Positions 12,375-23,285 of a stretch of 64,000 bases of DNA are shown here, piece after piece. A program made the translations under genes and the position numbers. Under the pieces are notes generated by a model. The model saw nothing but the letters and a program-made list of their open reading frames with translations. It did not search any database and was not told the origin of the DNA. Where the stretch lies: NCBI RefSeq assembly GCF_020745735.1, contig NC_083401.1, forward strand, positions 78,861,740-78,925,739, in the 5' to 3' direction. This stretch comes from Hemiscyllium ocellatum. Its lineage: Eukaryota. Positions within the stretch are counted from its first letter, which is position 1, and every line of letters begins with the position of its first letter.

Positions 12375-13430
12375 AGACCATAAGACATGGAGCAGAAGTA
12401 GGCAACAAGTCTGCTTCTGAACCCCCACTTTCCTGCCTGTTCACCATAACCTTGATTCGTTTATTGATTAAAATTCTGTCTCTTAGCCTTGTACATCTAT
12501 AATGAGGAGAAACTGAGGTCTGCAGATGCTGGAGATCAGAGCTGAAAATGTGTTGCTGGAAAAGTGCAGCAGGTCAGGCAGCATCCAAGGAACAGGAAAT
12601 TCTGTTCCTTGGATGCTGCCTGACCTGCTGCGCTTTTCCAGCAACACATTTTCAGCACATCTATAATGACCCAGTCTCACCAGTTCTCTGTAGTAAAGAA
12701 TTCCACACATTTGCTATGCTCTTAGAAAAGGAATTCCCTCATCTCTTACTTAGATATGCAAACTCTTACTCATGCCTTGTGGTCCTAGACTCCCCAACAA
12801 GGGGAAAAACCTCTCCAACACCATAAATCTAATATGCTTCAATGAAGTTATCTCTCATTTTCCTTAATTCCAATGAGTTCGGGCTCAGATTACTGAACCT
12901 CTCATCATAAGACTCTTAGCCTCCATACCCCTGTGAGCTTTCTCTGGACTTCCTCCAATGCTAGTATATTTTTGCTTTGATAATGGGACTAAAATGATAA
13001 ATTATATTCTAGTTGTAATCTAGCCTCTTGTACAGTTTTAGCAAGATTTTCCTGTATTTATATTGCACTCCATTTGCAATGAAGCCAATTGTCTTCCCCA
13101 TTTCCTGCTGAACTTGGATGCTAGCTTTTTCTAACTCATGCACAAAAAACTCTAAATACCTTTTCCTTCAGGTTTTTGCAGTTTTTCTGCATTTAAATAA
13201 TATTCAGATCTTTATGCACCTTTGGCAGTTTTTCATGCAAAAGTGCATAGCCTCACATTTTTCCAACGTTGAATTCCGTCACCCAGGTTTTTGTCCGTTC
13301 ACTCGCCTGTCAATATTCCCTTTGTATATTCTTTGTGTCATCCTCATTATTAACCTGTCTATATATTTCTGTGTCATCCGAAAACCTGGCAATAATACAT
13401 TCACTTCCTTCATCCAAGTCATTATATTGT
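12375..13430 (-). mobile_element. Old CR1 3' fragment, hosts the hairpin PLE at 12506
   Basis: CATAAGACAT.GGAGCAGAAGTAGGC terminus; GAATTCCACA and TGGTCCTAGACTCCCC motifs shared with other old CR1 copies. Confidence 0.7.
12506..12656. mobile_element. Hairpin PLE-derived insertion (family A), 13-bp TSD
   Basis: Arms 12541-12595 and 12602-12656 (55 bp, 1 mismatch); TSD ACATCTATAATGA at 12493-12505 and 12657-12669. Confidence 0.92.
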
Positions 13431-13444
13431 AAATAATTACAGCC

Positions 13445-13660
13445 AGAGTCAGTTGCAAGTCAAGATGGTTTATAGCCTGGAGGACAACTTACAAGTGATG
13501 GTTCTCCCATGGTTAAGAATGTGCTATCCAAGGGATCCTTGGAGTTGCTGCTGTGCATCTTGTTGACGGTACACACTGTTGGCACTATATATTGATGTTA
13601 TAACATGGTGGTGAGATGCCAGTCAACACAACTTCTTCATCTTGAATGGAGTCAACTTTT
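13445..13660 (-). mobile_element. LINE family B fragment
   Basis: CAAGTCAAGATGGT..GGACAACTTACAAGTGATGGTTCTCCCATG; reverse of 11890-12272. Confidence 0.55.
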
Positions 13661-14174
13661 TGATGAAGTGAGGGAAATCAGGGATGCACAAGGTGCCAGA
13701 ATGCAAAGGTCTCAGAGTGTTGTAAATTTAGAGGGGATCACAGCCACAGAGAAATTTGTACATGTGTTCAATCAGCAAGAAGCAGGTGATTGGAGAATGT
13801 AACTTGATGCAAGTGAGGATACAAACAGTGAAGCTTTGGATGAGCTTAAGTTTAGGGAGGCTGCAATGTGGAAGTTCAGCAAGGAAAATACCCAAGTAGC
13901 AAAGTCAGATCATAACAAAAGGCACCAAACTAACATATCAGGAAAAGAAATGAAGCTAGGTATAACTCGGATCATCGTCATTTATCAGGCATGTTTCCAT
14001 GCCAACCGTCAGGGAAAAATGCTCATCCACCCTCAGCAGAACAACACACATCATCAGTGAATTCTTTCTGGTTACACAAGTCATCTTTAATTCAGAATCA
14101 ATAACATAGATGCAAAGGCGTTAAACAGAACGAATAAATTTCAGGACAGTCACCAATGAGACACACGTTCATAA

Positions 14175-14274
14175 GTAACCATGGAAATGAAAAGTAGAGC
14201 CCAGCAGTGAGCATGGAATACAGATTAGCCATCAGAGCTTCACAGCATGACATCAAAACAGTTCCCATGGTAAC
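14175..14274. promoter_or_regulatory. Two RFX X-box-like palindromes in unique sequence (candidate enhancer)
   Basis: GTAACCATGGAAAT at 14175-14188 and GTTCCCATGGTAAC at 14261-14274 (consensus GTNRCCATGGYAAC). Confidence 0.35.
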
Positions 14275-15066
14275 AGACATCTAGTGAGAAATATGGTCAC
14301 AGCATATGCATCGTGAAATTATGTTCTTTAAGTACTCACCATTTATAACATTATTGATGCAATTAGTTTGCCTAACGACAAACCTCGAGTGTATTTAAAC
14401 TTTAATATTTTTATGGGCCCTTCGACGCGTTTAAAGGAGAAGCTGTGGCATTAGAATCCGTTTGGAAGACATGTATCTAGTAATTTCGTATGGAATCAAA
14501 ACAGCTGAAAATTGCTGACTGTTTATAAATGAATTAAAAGCAGAGAGAAAGGAATACCTTCTACTGATTTGTCCAGGAATCAGTCACTGATACTTAACTA
14601 AGGCATGATGGAAAATTAAATATATCAATTTGGCAGAATGGTTGAAAGGATTCACTTTTATTAAATGCAACAACATACTTAAGAATCAAAGTCTATAAAT
14701 TATTGATGCAAAAATCTTGGACTTTTGGATTTTAATGAAGAAGTTATCCTGGATAATTGAATGGCAAAGGAATGACAGACAAAGGAACATCACATACAAG
14801 CATATTAAACATCTACCTACTAATATCACAGAGACAACATCTCCAAACAGAAAGCTCTCTGTTGGTCATGCACTGGTGTGCTAACCTTGTGTCTATGCTT
14901 AAGAGCTGAAGTGGGATTTGAATGCAATAAAAGTGCCTCCAGAGCCATGGCTGATACCCTCTGTGAATCATCACTTTGACTTGCTGGAGAGGATGGGAGG
15001 TTCTGATGATGCTTGCAGTGATGCCCTCAGGATAACTTTGCTACTGCCGCAGCCACATATGCGACT

Positions 15067-15812
15067 AGGAGAAAGTGGATGTTGGAGATCAGAGTCGAAA
15101 AGGGTGGTTCTGGAAAAACACAGCAGGTCAGGCAGCATCCGAGAAGCAAAAGAGTCGACATTTTGAGTGTAAGCCCTTCATTAGAAATATGGGGTGGGGG
15201 TGGAGTGTAGACAAGGTAGTTGAGACATAAATAGGAGGGTGGAGTGTGGTAATGGTAGTTGGGAAGGCGATAGTTAGATGCAGATGGTGGGGGGTGATAG
15301 TGATAAGTTGTTGGGGAGGATGGAGCAGATCAGTGGGCGGGAAGATGGACAGGTAGGACAGTTCAAGAGGCCGGTGCCAAGTTGGAGGGTTGGCTCTGGG
15401 ATGAGGTGGGGGGAGTGGATGTGGAAACTAGTGAAACACCTCTGGGATGCACACACCAAACAACCCCACTGCCCTGTGGCTGACCACTTCAACTCCCCCT
15501 CCCATTCTGCCAAGGACATGCTAGTCCTGGGCCTCCTCCACCACCAAGGCCAAGCCACCCAACACCTGGAGGAAGAACACTTCATCTTCTGCCTTGGGAC
15601 TTTTCAACTATATGGCATCAATGTCGACTTCATCAGTTTCCTCATCTCCCCTCCCCCCACCTCATCCCAGATCCAACTCTCCAACTGGGCACAGCCCTCT
15701 TGACCTGTCCTATCTGTCCATCTTCCTTCCCACCTTTCCGCTCCACCCTCCTCTCCGACCTATCACCATTACCCCCCACTCCCCACCCCCCAACTTGCAT
15801 CAATCTATTGCC
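15067..15812 (+). mobile_element. PLE fragment: GIY-YIG endonuclease C-terminus with an inverted terminal repeat on its 5' side
   Basis: ORF 15278-15703 tail PVADHFNSPSHS..MLVLGLLH..LEEEHFIFCLGTFQLYGINVDF is a typical PLE GIY-YIG end; about 15270-15415 is the reverse complement of about 15650-15810. Confidence 0.88.
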
Positions 15813-16167
15813 TTCACTTTGCTGTTCAAAGTGCAATTTCAAACCCCTCAATGGCAATGTTACGATACAGGGTTAGCAAGCCCAACTAAATCAGTCTGTT
15901 GACCACTGCATCTACAACATACTAAAATTAAAATATTCAATAACCCTCAAAATTATCCAATTGTTCCTAATCAGACTTTATGAATAACAGATCTTGGACA
16001 CCAAGCTTAGAACTTAAACAAAAGAAAAACAACATATTATTAACACTGCAAGTTCAGCACAACAAATCTGAACAACAAAGTGATCCAATTAATATCTAGA
16101 ATGTAAAACTAACCTTCTTTTATCATAATCCCCACTGACACACAGACAGATTGACTGGCAGATACAG

Positions 16168-16523
16168 TTTCATAGAATCATAAAATTCCTACCATATAGA
16201 AGCAGGTCATTTGGCCCAACAAGTCCACACTAACCCTTTGAAGAGTCTCCCACCCAGACACATTTCCCCTCCCCTATTACTCTACATTTCCCTTGACTAA
16301 TGCACCTAGTCTACACATCCCTGAACACTATGGCAATTTAACATGGCCAATTCACCTAACCTCCACATCTTTATACTGTGGGAGGAAATTGGAGCACCCA
16401 GAAGAAACCCATGCAGAAATGGGGAGAATCCGTAAACTCCACACAGTTGCCCAAGGCTGGAATCTAACCCAGGTCCCTGGCACTGTGAAGCAGCAGTGCT
16501 AACCACTGAGCCACTGTGCCACC
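16168..16523 (-). mobile_element. HE1 SINE
   Basis: Head GGGTGGCACAGTGGCTCAGTGGTTAGCAC on minus strand, V-domain, CR1-type tail. Confidence 0.92.
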
Positions 16524-18706
16524 CTCTATATTTAAGGAATAAGTTAAAAAATAAAATGAAAGAATTGCATTTTGCCAATTGAATTAAACAGTTTCAAAAG
16601 ATGCATATCAAGTCTTTATGCAATCATTTGAGAATAGGTTATCCTCAGGTATATACCAGTATGTCTAATTTGAAAGTTATCAGTAAGTGAACAGATTCAG
16701 TAAACGTCCATAAGTATTTACTGACTTCTCATGGACTGGGATTCATTTCTCAGAACATTCAACAATTCTTTAACTGGAAAAGACCCAAAGCTTCCAAAAT
16801 CATTTTGTACCCACCAAAACCAATCAGAACCAAGTTTATTTGTTTTTCCTTTTTAATCAATATTCTCTGAAGTTAGCTGGTTAGTATCAGTCCTCCTTGA
16901 TTGACTAACTCAACATCCAACCAGATGCCAACTCTGGACACATGTATTCTTTAGCTTGGTAATAAAGTTGCACTGTTTTTCAGGCCAGTCACCAACAGCA
17001 AACATCTGTGTTTGTTTTCTTCTCTTAAAACATGCAACTGTTCAAAATTCACTTCTGACATCATCACAGTTCCACCAAAAGAATTGCAAAAAGAGAAGAA
17101 AAGATAGTGAGGGTCTCAACAGCAGACCTGTGAGCAAAGATTATGTATCTCATTTTGCTGCAAAGGCATCAGAAGTCTACAGCAGTTTGGAGGTCCAGTT
17201 GTTTGTGGTTTGACATGTCACCAGCCTTTCAATATAGTGTGGACAATGACAATGCCCCAAGGTCTTCTCTCTAAATAAAGTCACAAGCAGGCTTCTACCA
17301 AGGTCCTTTTGAAAATTTCTGTGGCAATAGAGATTGGAGATATGAATAAAGTGTGAACCTATGAGTCCCCAATCATAAATCTGTATACACACGTTGGATG
17401 CCTGAAGGCCGCTGGACATTTGCATTGGGATAGAAGTGGCTCTGAACAGTGACTTAATAATCTTTTTCAAGATATCTACTGTTCACTCCAAATGGGGAGG
17501 GACTAGAATAAATTCTTTCTTCTGGCTGGGGAACTACACCCCTTGGCAACATGACTTTTGAGGTGAAAAAAGAACTTATTTACTATTTTCAACATGGAAT
17601 GCTAATGTATTCATGTGTAATCTCAAGTGTGATTGTTAAGTAGACCAACATTAATCCTATCACCTGAGCTTTCATGGCACAAAATTGACATTGGCATTCT
17701 CTGTGAGACTCACTTTACCTGAGAAGGTCAGCTAAAGAACGAGTAGGATGATATTTATCTTCTACTGGAAAGGAAAGGCTGACAATGACCCTCATATTAA
17801 AGAAGTTGTTTCTTTTCTCCAAAGATAGGAACTTTGAGATGCAACCCGAACTCCTCAATTGTACAAATGAAAGACCCAGGACCCATTTCATTTCCTACAT
17901 AATCCATAAGCCACTGTTGTTAGTGCTTTTCCACCGCCCTCTTCCTTTCACTCCAATAAAGATACTAAAGAAATTTTTATTCTAACCTTGATACGTCGTC
18001 ACTGCCATATTTTTGGGAATTTAATTCCAGGACTTCTTGTGTCTCAAATGTGTGGAGAGTAACTATTGGTAAAAGCATCTACAAATTATTGCTTCCTGCT
18101 GACAAAATGACTTCAGTATAATCTCATTATAACAAAAACACTTTTTGACCAACAGGACAAATTCAGAACCACACAGAAGCATCCTAGATCCTAGATTCTC
18201 ACTTCCTGGATTTTGTCAATGCTTGAGTCAAAGATGGAAGGGGTGCCTGTATCTCACAATCTTTCCAAGAGACTGACTCCTATTGGGAAGGCCATCAACT
18301 TGTTCAATCATGATGAACATCCAATGAGCACCAAGAACCTCACAAGGTTCAAAGGCCCAAGAGGATGCAGATCAATGTCATAGCCCTAAAATGCAGATCA
18401 TGCCCAATTTAGAAAAAAAAGGTATGCCCACCTCAATTCCAGAGCATTGCAATAAAAAATAGGCCTGTTTTACTAAATCCCTGTGTCTAAATCATCGGAT
18501 GTGAGGATCGTTGTCACCAGGAAAGCTGAAAAACATCAGCAGAAGTAGGTCCTGTTTGTTCAACTGGCCAAAATTCCAAGTGAAGACAAAGAAAATGGTT
18601 CAAAATCACTCTGACAGCATTGTGAGTAATGTCCGGGAGGAGTTTTCTAACAATCGTTAGTACGGCAGCAATTTGTCATTTATTGATTGCAAATGCCTTA
18701 AAAACG

Positions 18707-19521
18707 GAGCTATGGAAGTGATTGCTGGGCCCATTGCTGAGATATTTGCATCATCGATAGTCGTACGTGAGGTGCTGGAAGACTGGAGGATGGCTAATGT
18801 GGTGCCACTATTTAAGAAACGTGGTAAAGAAAAGCCAGGGAACTATAGACCGGTGAGTCTGACATCAGTGGTGGGCATATGTTGGAGGGATTCCTGAGGG
18901 ACATAATTCATATGTATTTGGAAAGACAAGGACTGATTAGGAATAGTCAACATGGCTTTGTGCGTGGGAAATCATGTCTCACAAACTTGATTAAGTTTTT
19001 TGAAGAAGTAACATAGAGGATTGATGATGAGGGAAGAGCAATGGACATGATTTTTATGGACTTCAGTAAGACGTTTGACAAGTTACCTCATGGTAGACTG
19101 GTTAGCAAGGTTAGATTACGTGGAATACAGGGGGAACTAGCCATTTGGATACAGAACTGGCTCGAAGGTAGAAGACAGAGGCCTGTCATGGAGGGTTGCT
19201 TTTCAGACTGAGGCCTGTGACTAGTGGTCTACCACAAGGTTTGGTGCTGGGTCCACTACTTTTTGTCATTTATATGATTTGGATGTGAACATAGGAGGTA
19301 TAGTTAGTAAGTTTTCAGATGACGCCAAAATTGGAGGCACAGTGGACAGTGAAGAAGATTACCTCAGAGTACAATGGGATCTTGATCAGATAGGCTAATT
19401 GGCTGACATGTGGCAGATGGAGCTTACAAATGGGGCTAGATTAATTTAAGATATCTGGTCGGCATGAATGAGTTGGACCAAAGGGTCTGTTTCCATGCTG
19501 TATATCCCTGAGATACTATGA
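18707..19521 (+). mobile_element. CR1 ORF2 RT fragment with an internal deletion to the 3'UTR
   Basis: EVIAGPIAEIF..NVVPLFKK..PGNYRPVSLTSVVG; HGF; jump from WQME to CAAATGGGGCTAGATT at about 19425. Confidence 0.9.
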
Positions 19522-20147
19522 TCTAAGAGACAGAGAGTTGACAGAGGTAGAAACAAAAGGAAGCAAATCCTGCACTCTGGGTCCCATTCTTCTATGAAAC
19601 ACCCTGACCCAAGTGCCGAAAAGCATGTGGATCATGAATTGGCCTATTCAGCCACATGAAGAGCAACAGCAGAATCCTACAATCCTGAGCAGACAATAGG
19701 TTAAATCTTTCATTATTGTTGAGGAATTAATACTTTATTTGCACACAACTTTTCACTCCTAAAATTAATGATCTCATCTGTTCCTCAATGTTGCTGTTTG
19801 TTTCTGTTCATTATTGTTCACATCATTCCTGAACACATCTGCATTGAGAACATTAGTCTGTTACTGAGCCCACCTTCATCTTACATATTTATCAACCAAA
19901 TCCTGTCTTTAGATCCTTAAACAGACCAGTGAATCAAAGAGTATTCATTGACAGAAAGTTTGCTACTCTGTATCTGAATAAAATATTCTTAAGGACTCAG
20001 TTTTCAGCTCTTGGTCAGAAGCTGAGAGTTGGTAAAATGTATTGGCTCTGCAAACCCTGGATGTTCTGATTTTGGATCCAGGGAGTGCATGCTGAAATGG
20101 TAGTCATGTTGCTGGGGGCTTAGGCTGTCTGTGACAAAAGTTTGTAT

Positions 20148-20688
20148 AAGTGCAATTCTGGTCTTCTTCCTAACGGAAGGATGTTGTGAGACATGGAAGG
20201 GCTCAGAAATAATTTGCAAGGATGTTGCCAGGGTTAGAGGATTTGAGCTATAGGGAGAGGTTGAATAGACTGGGGCTGTTTTCCCTTTAGTGTTTGAGGC
20301 TGAGGGGTGACCGTACAGAGGTTTATAAAATCATGAGGGGCATGGATAGGATAAATGGACAAGGTCTTTTCCCTAGTGTGAGGGAGTCCAGAACTAGAGG
20401 GCATAGGTTTAGGGTAAGAGGGGAAATATATAAAAGAGTCCTAAGGGGTAACTTTTCCACACAGAGTGAGGTACACATATGGAATGAGCTACCAGAGAAA
20501 GTGGTGGACGCTGGTACAATTACAGCATTTAAAAGGCACCTGGATGGGTATATGAATAGGAAGGGTTTGGAAGGATATGGGCCAAGTGTTGCCAAATGGG
20601 ACTAGATTAGGTTAGGATATCTGGTTGGCATGGACGAGTTGGACCAAAGGGTCTGTTTTAGTGCTGTACATCTCTATGACTCTATGAC
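20148..20688 (+). mobile_element. CR1 3' end
   Basis: RLRGDRTEVYKIMRG..RGNFST..WNELPEKVV; TCTATGACTCTATGACT tail. Confidence 0.92.
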
Positions 20689-21039
20689 TGTGAGTGATCT
20701 TGGTTTTGTTTCAGCTTTAACAAAATAATTGAAAAGCATTATGCTGAAACAATCCTTACACCTTACACCCTCCATGCACTCCCATGGCCTCTCATACCTT
20801 CCATGCCAACATGTGCATTTTCAACCACCCTCTAGGCCCTCAATGATAGGTTGTCAAATTAGCCATGCAGCACAAATCCTTTAATAATATCCCTCAAGCT
20901 TATATCCCCAATAGACAGAATTAAATAGTGAGCATTGACTTTTCTTTGTATTACAGATAGTTTTGATATTCAAAATATGTATAGCCGAGGACAATTAGAT
21001 GTTTTGCCAGTTTGATAGTTTATTTTATTGCTTCACAAT

Positions 21040-21200
21040 TAGAACATAAAACATAGAACATTACAGCACACTACAGGCTCTTCAGCCCTCAATGTTGTGT
21101 CAACCTGTGAAACTAATCTGAAGCCCATCTAACCTACACCATTCTATTTTCATCCATATGCCTATCCAATGACCATTTAAATACCATTAAAGTTGGTGAG
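21040..21200 (-). mobile_element. CR1-type 3' tail fragment
   Basis: AGAACATAAAACATAGAACATTACAGCAC..CAGGCTCTTCAGCCC. Confidence 0.6.
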
Positions 21201-21614
21201 TTCTAATGGTTTTGACAGTTCCAGAGCAGTTGGTGAGCAATAATCCATACTAATAGCTATTCCCATCTCGAAGTCCAACATCTGTTTGGAACTTTGAACT
21301 TCTTATTCTTGACTCTGAGAAAGTGGATATCTCACCTGATTTTCCCAAATTTATTGCAATGGGCCCCATTCTTCATGAGCTGGGAAGATTTTGTCCTTTA
21401 ATATTATATTTCTTAAGCAAACTGAGCTTGTCAAGATCCCAAGGACGATGATGAATAATTAGTAATTTGATCACATGAACACCAGATCATCAAACTTCTG
21501 ATGATTTTACATTTGTCATAATGTCTTCAGGAATAACCACCATTGGCTAGAAAGTATTTTTTGTTCCTAAAATATATGTCTGCTAAAACAAAATCTGTTT
21601 ATACTCTTTTACTG

Positions 21615-21662
21615 TACATATGTGTTTGTGTGTACATGTACGTGTGCGTGTGTATGTGTGTT
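21615..21662. repeat. Degenerate (TG)n microsatellite
   Basis: TGTGTTTGTGTGTACATGTACGTGTGCGTGTGTATGTGTG. Confidence 0.7.
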
Positions 21663-22039
21663 TCTTTGGATGTGTATTTGTTTTTGTTTTTTTTACAAAT
21701 TAAACAAATGCTTAATTTAATTGAATACATTTTGCTTTATAATAAATTTATATTTTGCACATGGAAATCTAGTGGATTAATTTTTTTCATCCAAAATCTG
21801 TGATAAAGAAAGCATACAATTGGTGTACTCTTATATCTACCATGTTATTCCAACCATTTGGTTTGTCTCCAGCACCATCATATTTTTGAATTTTTGCAAT
21901 TATCTCTCTGCCTTAATTAATCAGATCATGGGTCATCCCTTCACTCGCTATACAGCTATTGACAGTTTACTTGCACTGCTTTTCACTTTTGATCATCTGA
22001 AAAGACTTGTTATTCAGCCTGTCAACACTCTACTCACAC

Positions 22040-22520
22040 TACTTGTACTATCTTTGGCAGAATTATCTTGCAATGATCTCTCTGCCAATAAATTTGGTGC
22101 CTATGTGCTTTCCTCCATTTCACCTGATGACCGAGTAGTGCTCCAAAAGCTTGAGATTTCAAATAAACCTGGGGTGGCTCAGTGGTTAGCACTGCTCCCT
22201 CACAGACCTGGGTTCAATTCCTGCCTCAGGTGTCTGTCTGCGTGGGTTTCTTCCAGGTGCTCTGGTTTCCTCCCACAGTCCAACAATGTATGGGTTAGGT
22301 GGATTGGCCATGCTAAATTGCCCAAAGTGTTCAGGGATGTGTTGTTTTGATGCACTAGTCAGGATAAATATAGAGTAGAGGGGATGGGTTTGGGTGGGTT
22401 AATCTTTGGAGTGTTAGTGTGGATTTGTTAGGCTGAAGGGCCTGTTTCCACGCTGTAGGGATTCTATTCTATATTAAAAAACTGTTGAATATCACCTGGT
22501 GTCATGTGGCCATTTCAGAA
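22040..22520 (+). mobile_element. PLE family C 3' terminal fragment with decayed hammerhead, split by HE1
   Basis: CACCTGATGACCGAGTAGTGCTCCAAAAGCTTGAGATTTCAAATAAACCT (22121-22170); resumes CTGTTGAATATCACCTGGTGTCATGTG after the SINE. Confidence 0.6.
22171..22472 (+). mobile_element. HE1 SINE with internal deletions
   Basis: GGTGGCTCAGTGGTTAGCACTGC..GGGTTCAATTCC..V-domain..GAAGGGCCTGTTTCCAC..(ATTCT)n. Confidence 0.9.
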
Positions 22521-22694
22521 CTTGGGTACAATATCTTTATTTAAAACATTAGCTTAAAATGCCACAGTAATCAGCTGACCACATGTGAAATAAACAAAAT
22601 CATCTGAGCTGTGCTGAGATTACTATTTTATTAACAAACATTGACACTAGTCCAAGCATTATGATATGCAAAGGCCCTTATCTTCTTCTTGGAA

Positions 22695-23285
22695 AGGAAC
22701 TTGCAGGTAGTGGCGTTCCCATGTACCTGCTGCTTTTGTGCTTCTAGATAGAAGTGGCTGTGGGTTTGGAAAATGCTGTTGGTGGATTTCTGCATTGCAT
22801 CTTGTAGATACTGCTGCAACTGAGCATTGGTGGTGAAGGGATGGATGCTTGTGAATGTGGTGACAATTAGGTAGGCTGCTATACCCTGGATGGTATCAAG
22901 CTTCTTGAGTGATGTTGGAGCTGCACCCATCTAGGCAAGTGGGGAATATTCCATCACACTCCTGACTTGTGCCTTGTAGATAGTGGATAGGCTATGGGAT
23001 TAGTGGGTTTTGAGAAGACTTGTAGCTGTGGTTGAGGTTCTGAATGTAAGTTTGCTCGCTGAGCTGGAAGATTCATTTTCAGATGTTTCGTAACATCTTC
23101 AGTGAGTCTCTGAATGAAGCCATCATTCGGAAGCTCACTGAAGATGTTACCTAGTACGGTAACAAAATGTCTGAAAACGAATCTTCTAGCTCAGCACGCA
23201 AACCTACATCCAGAGGCTATGGGATGTCAGAAGGTGAGTGACACAAGTTAGTATTGCAAGCCTCTGACCTGCTCCTACATATTTA
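22695..23285 (-). mobile_element. LINE family B fragment, hosts the hairpin PLE at 23001
   Basis: GGAACTTGCAGGTAGTGGCGTTCCCATG; minus ORF MGAAPTSLKKLDTIQ. Confidence 0.7.
23001..23213. mobile_element. Hairpin PLE-derived insertion (family B), 12-bp TSD, decayed hammerhead
   Basis: TSD AGGCTATGGGAT at 22989-23000 and 23214-23225; inverted arms; TCA-CTGAAGA-T-GTTACC/TAGTAC/GGTAAC-AAAA-TGTC-TGA at 23135-23174. Confidence 0.85.

Noticed and set aside
15858-17500. Possible Gypsy LTR and pol remnant starting TGTTACGA
   Set aside because: Could not define the second boundary, PPT, TSD or a convincing pol motif
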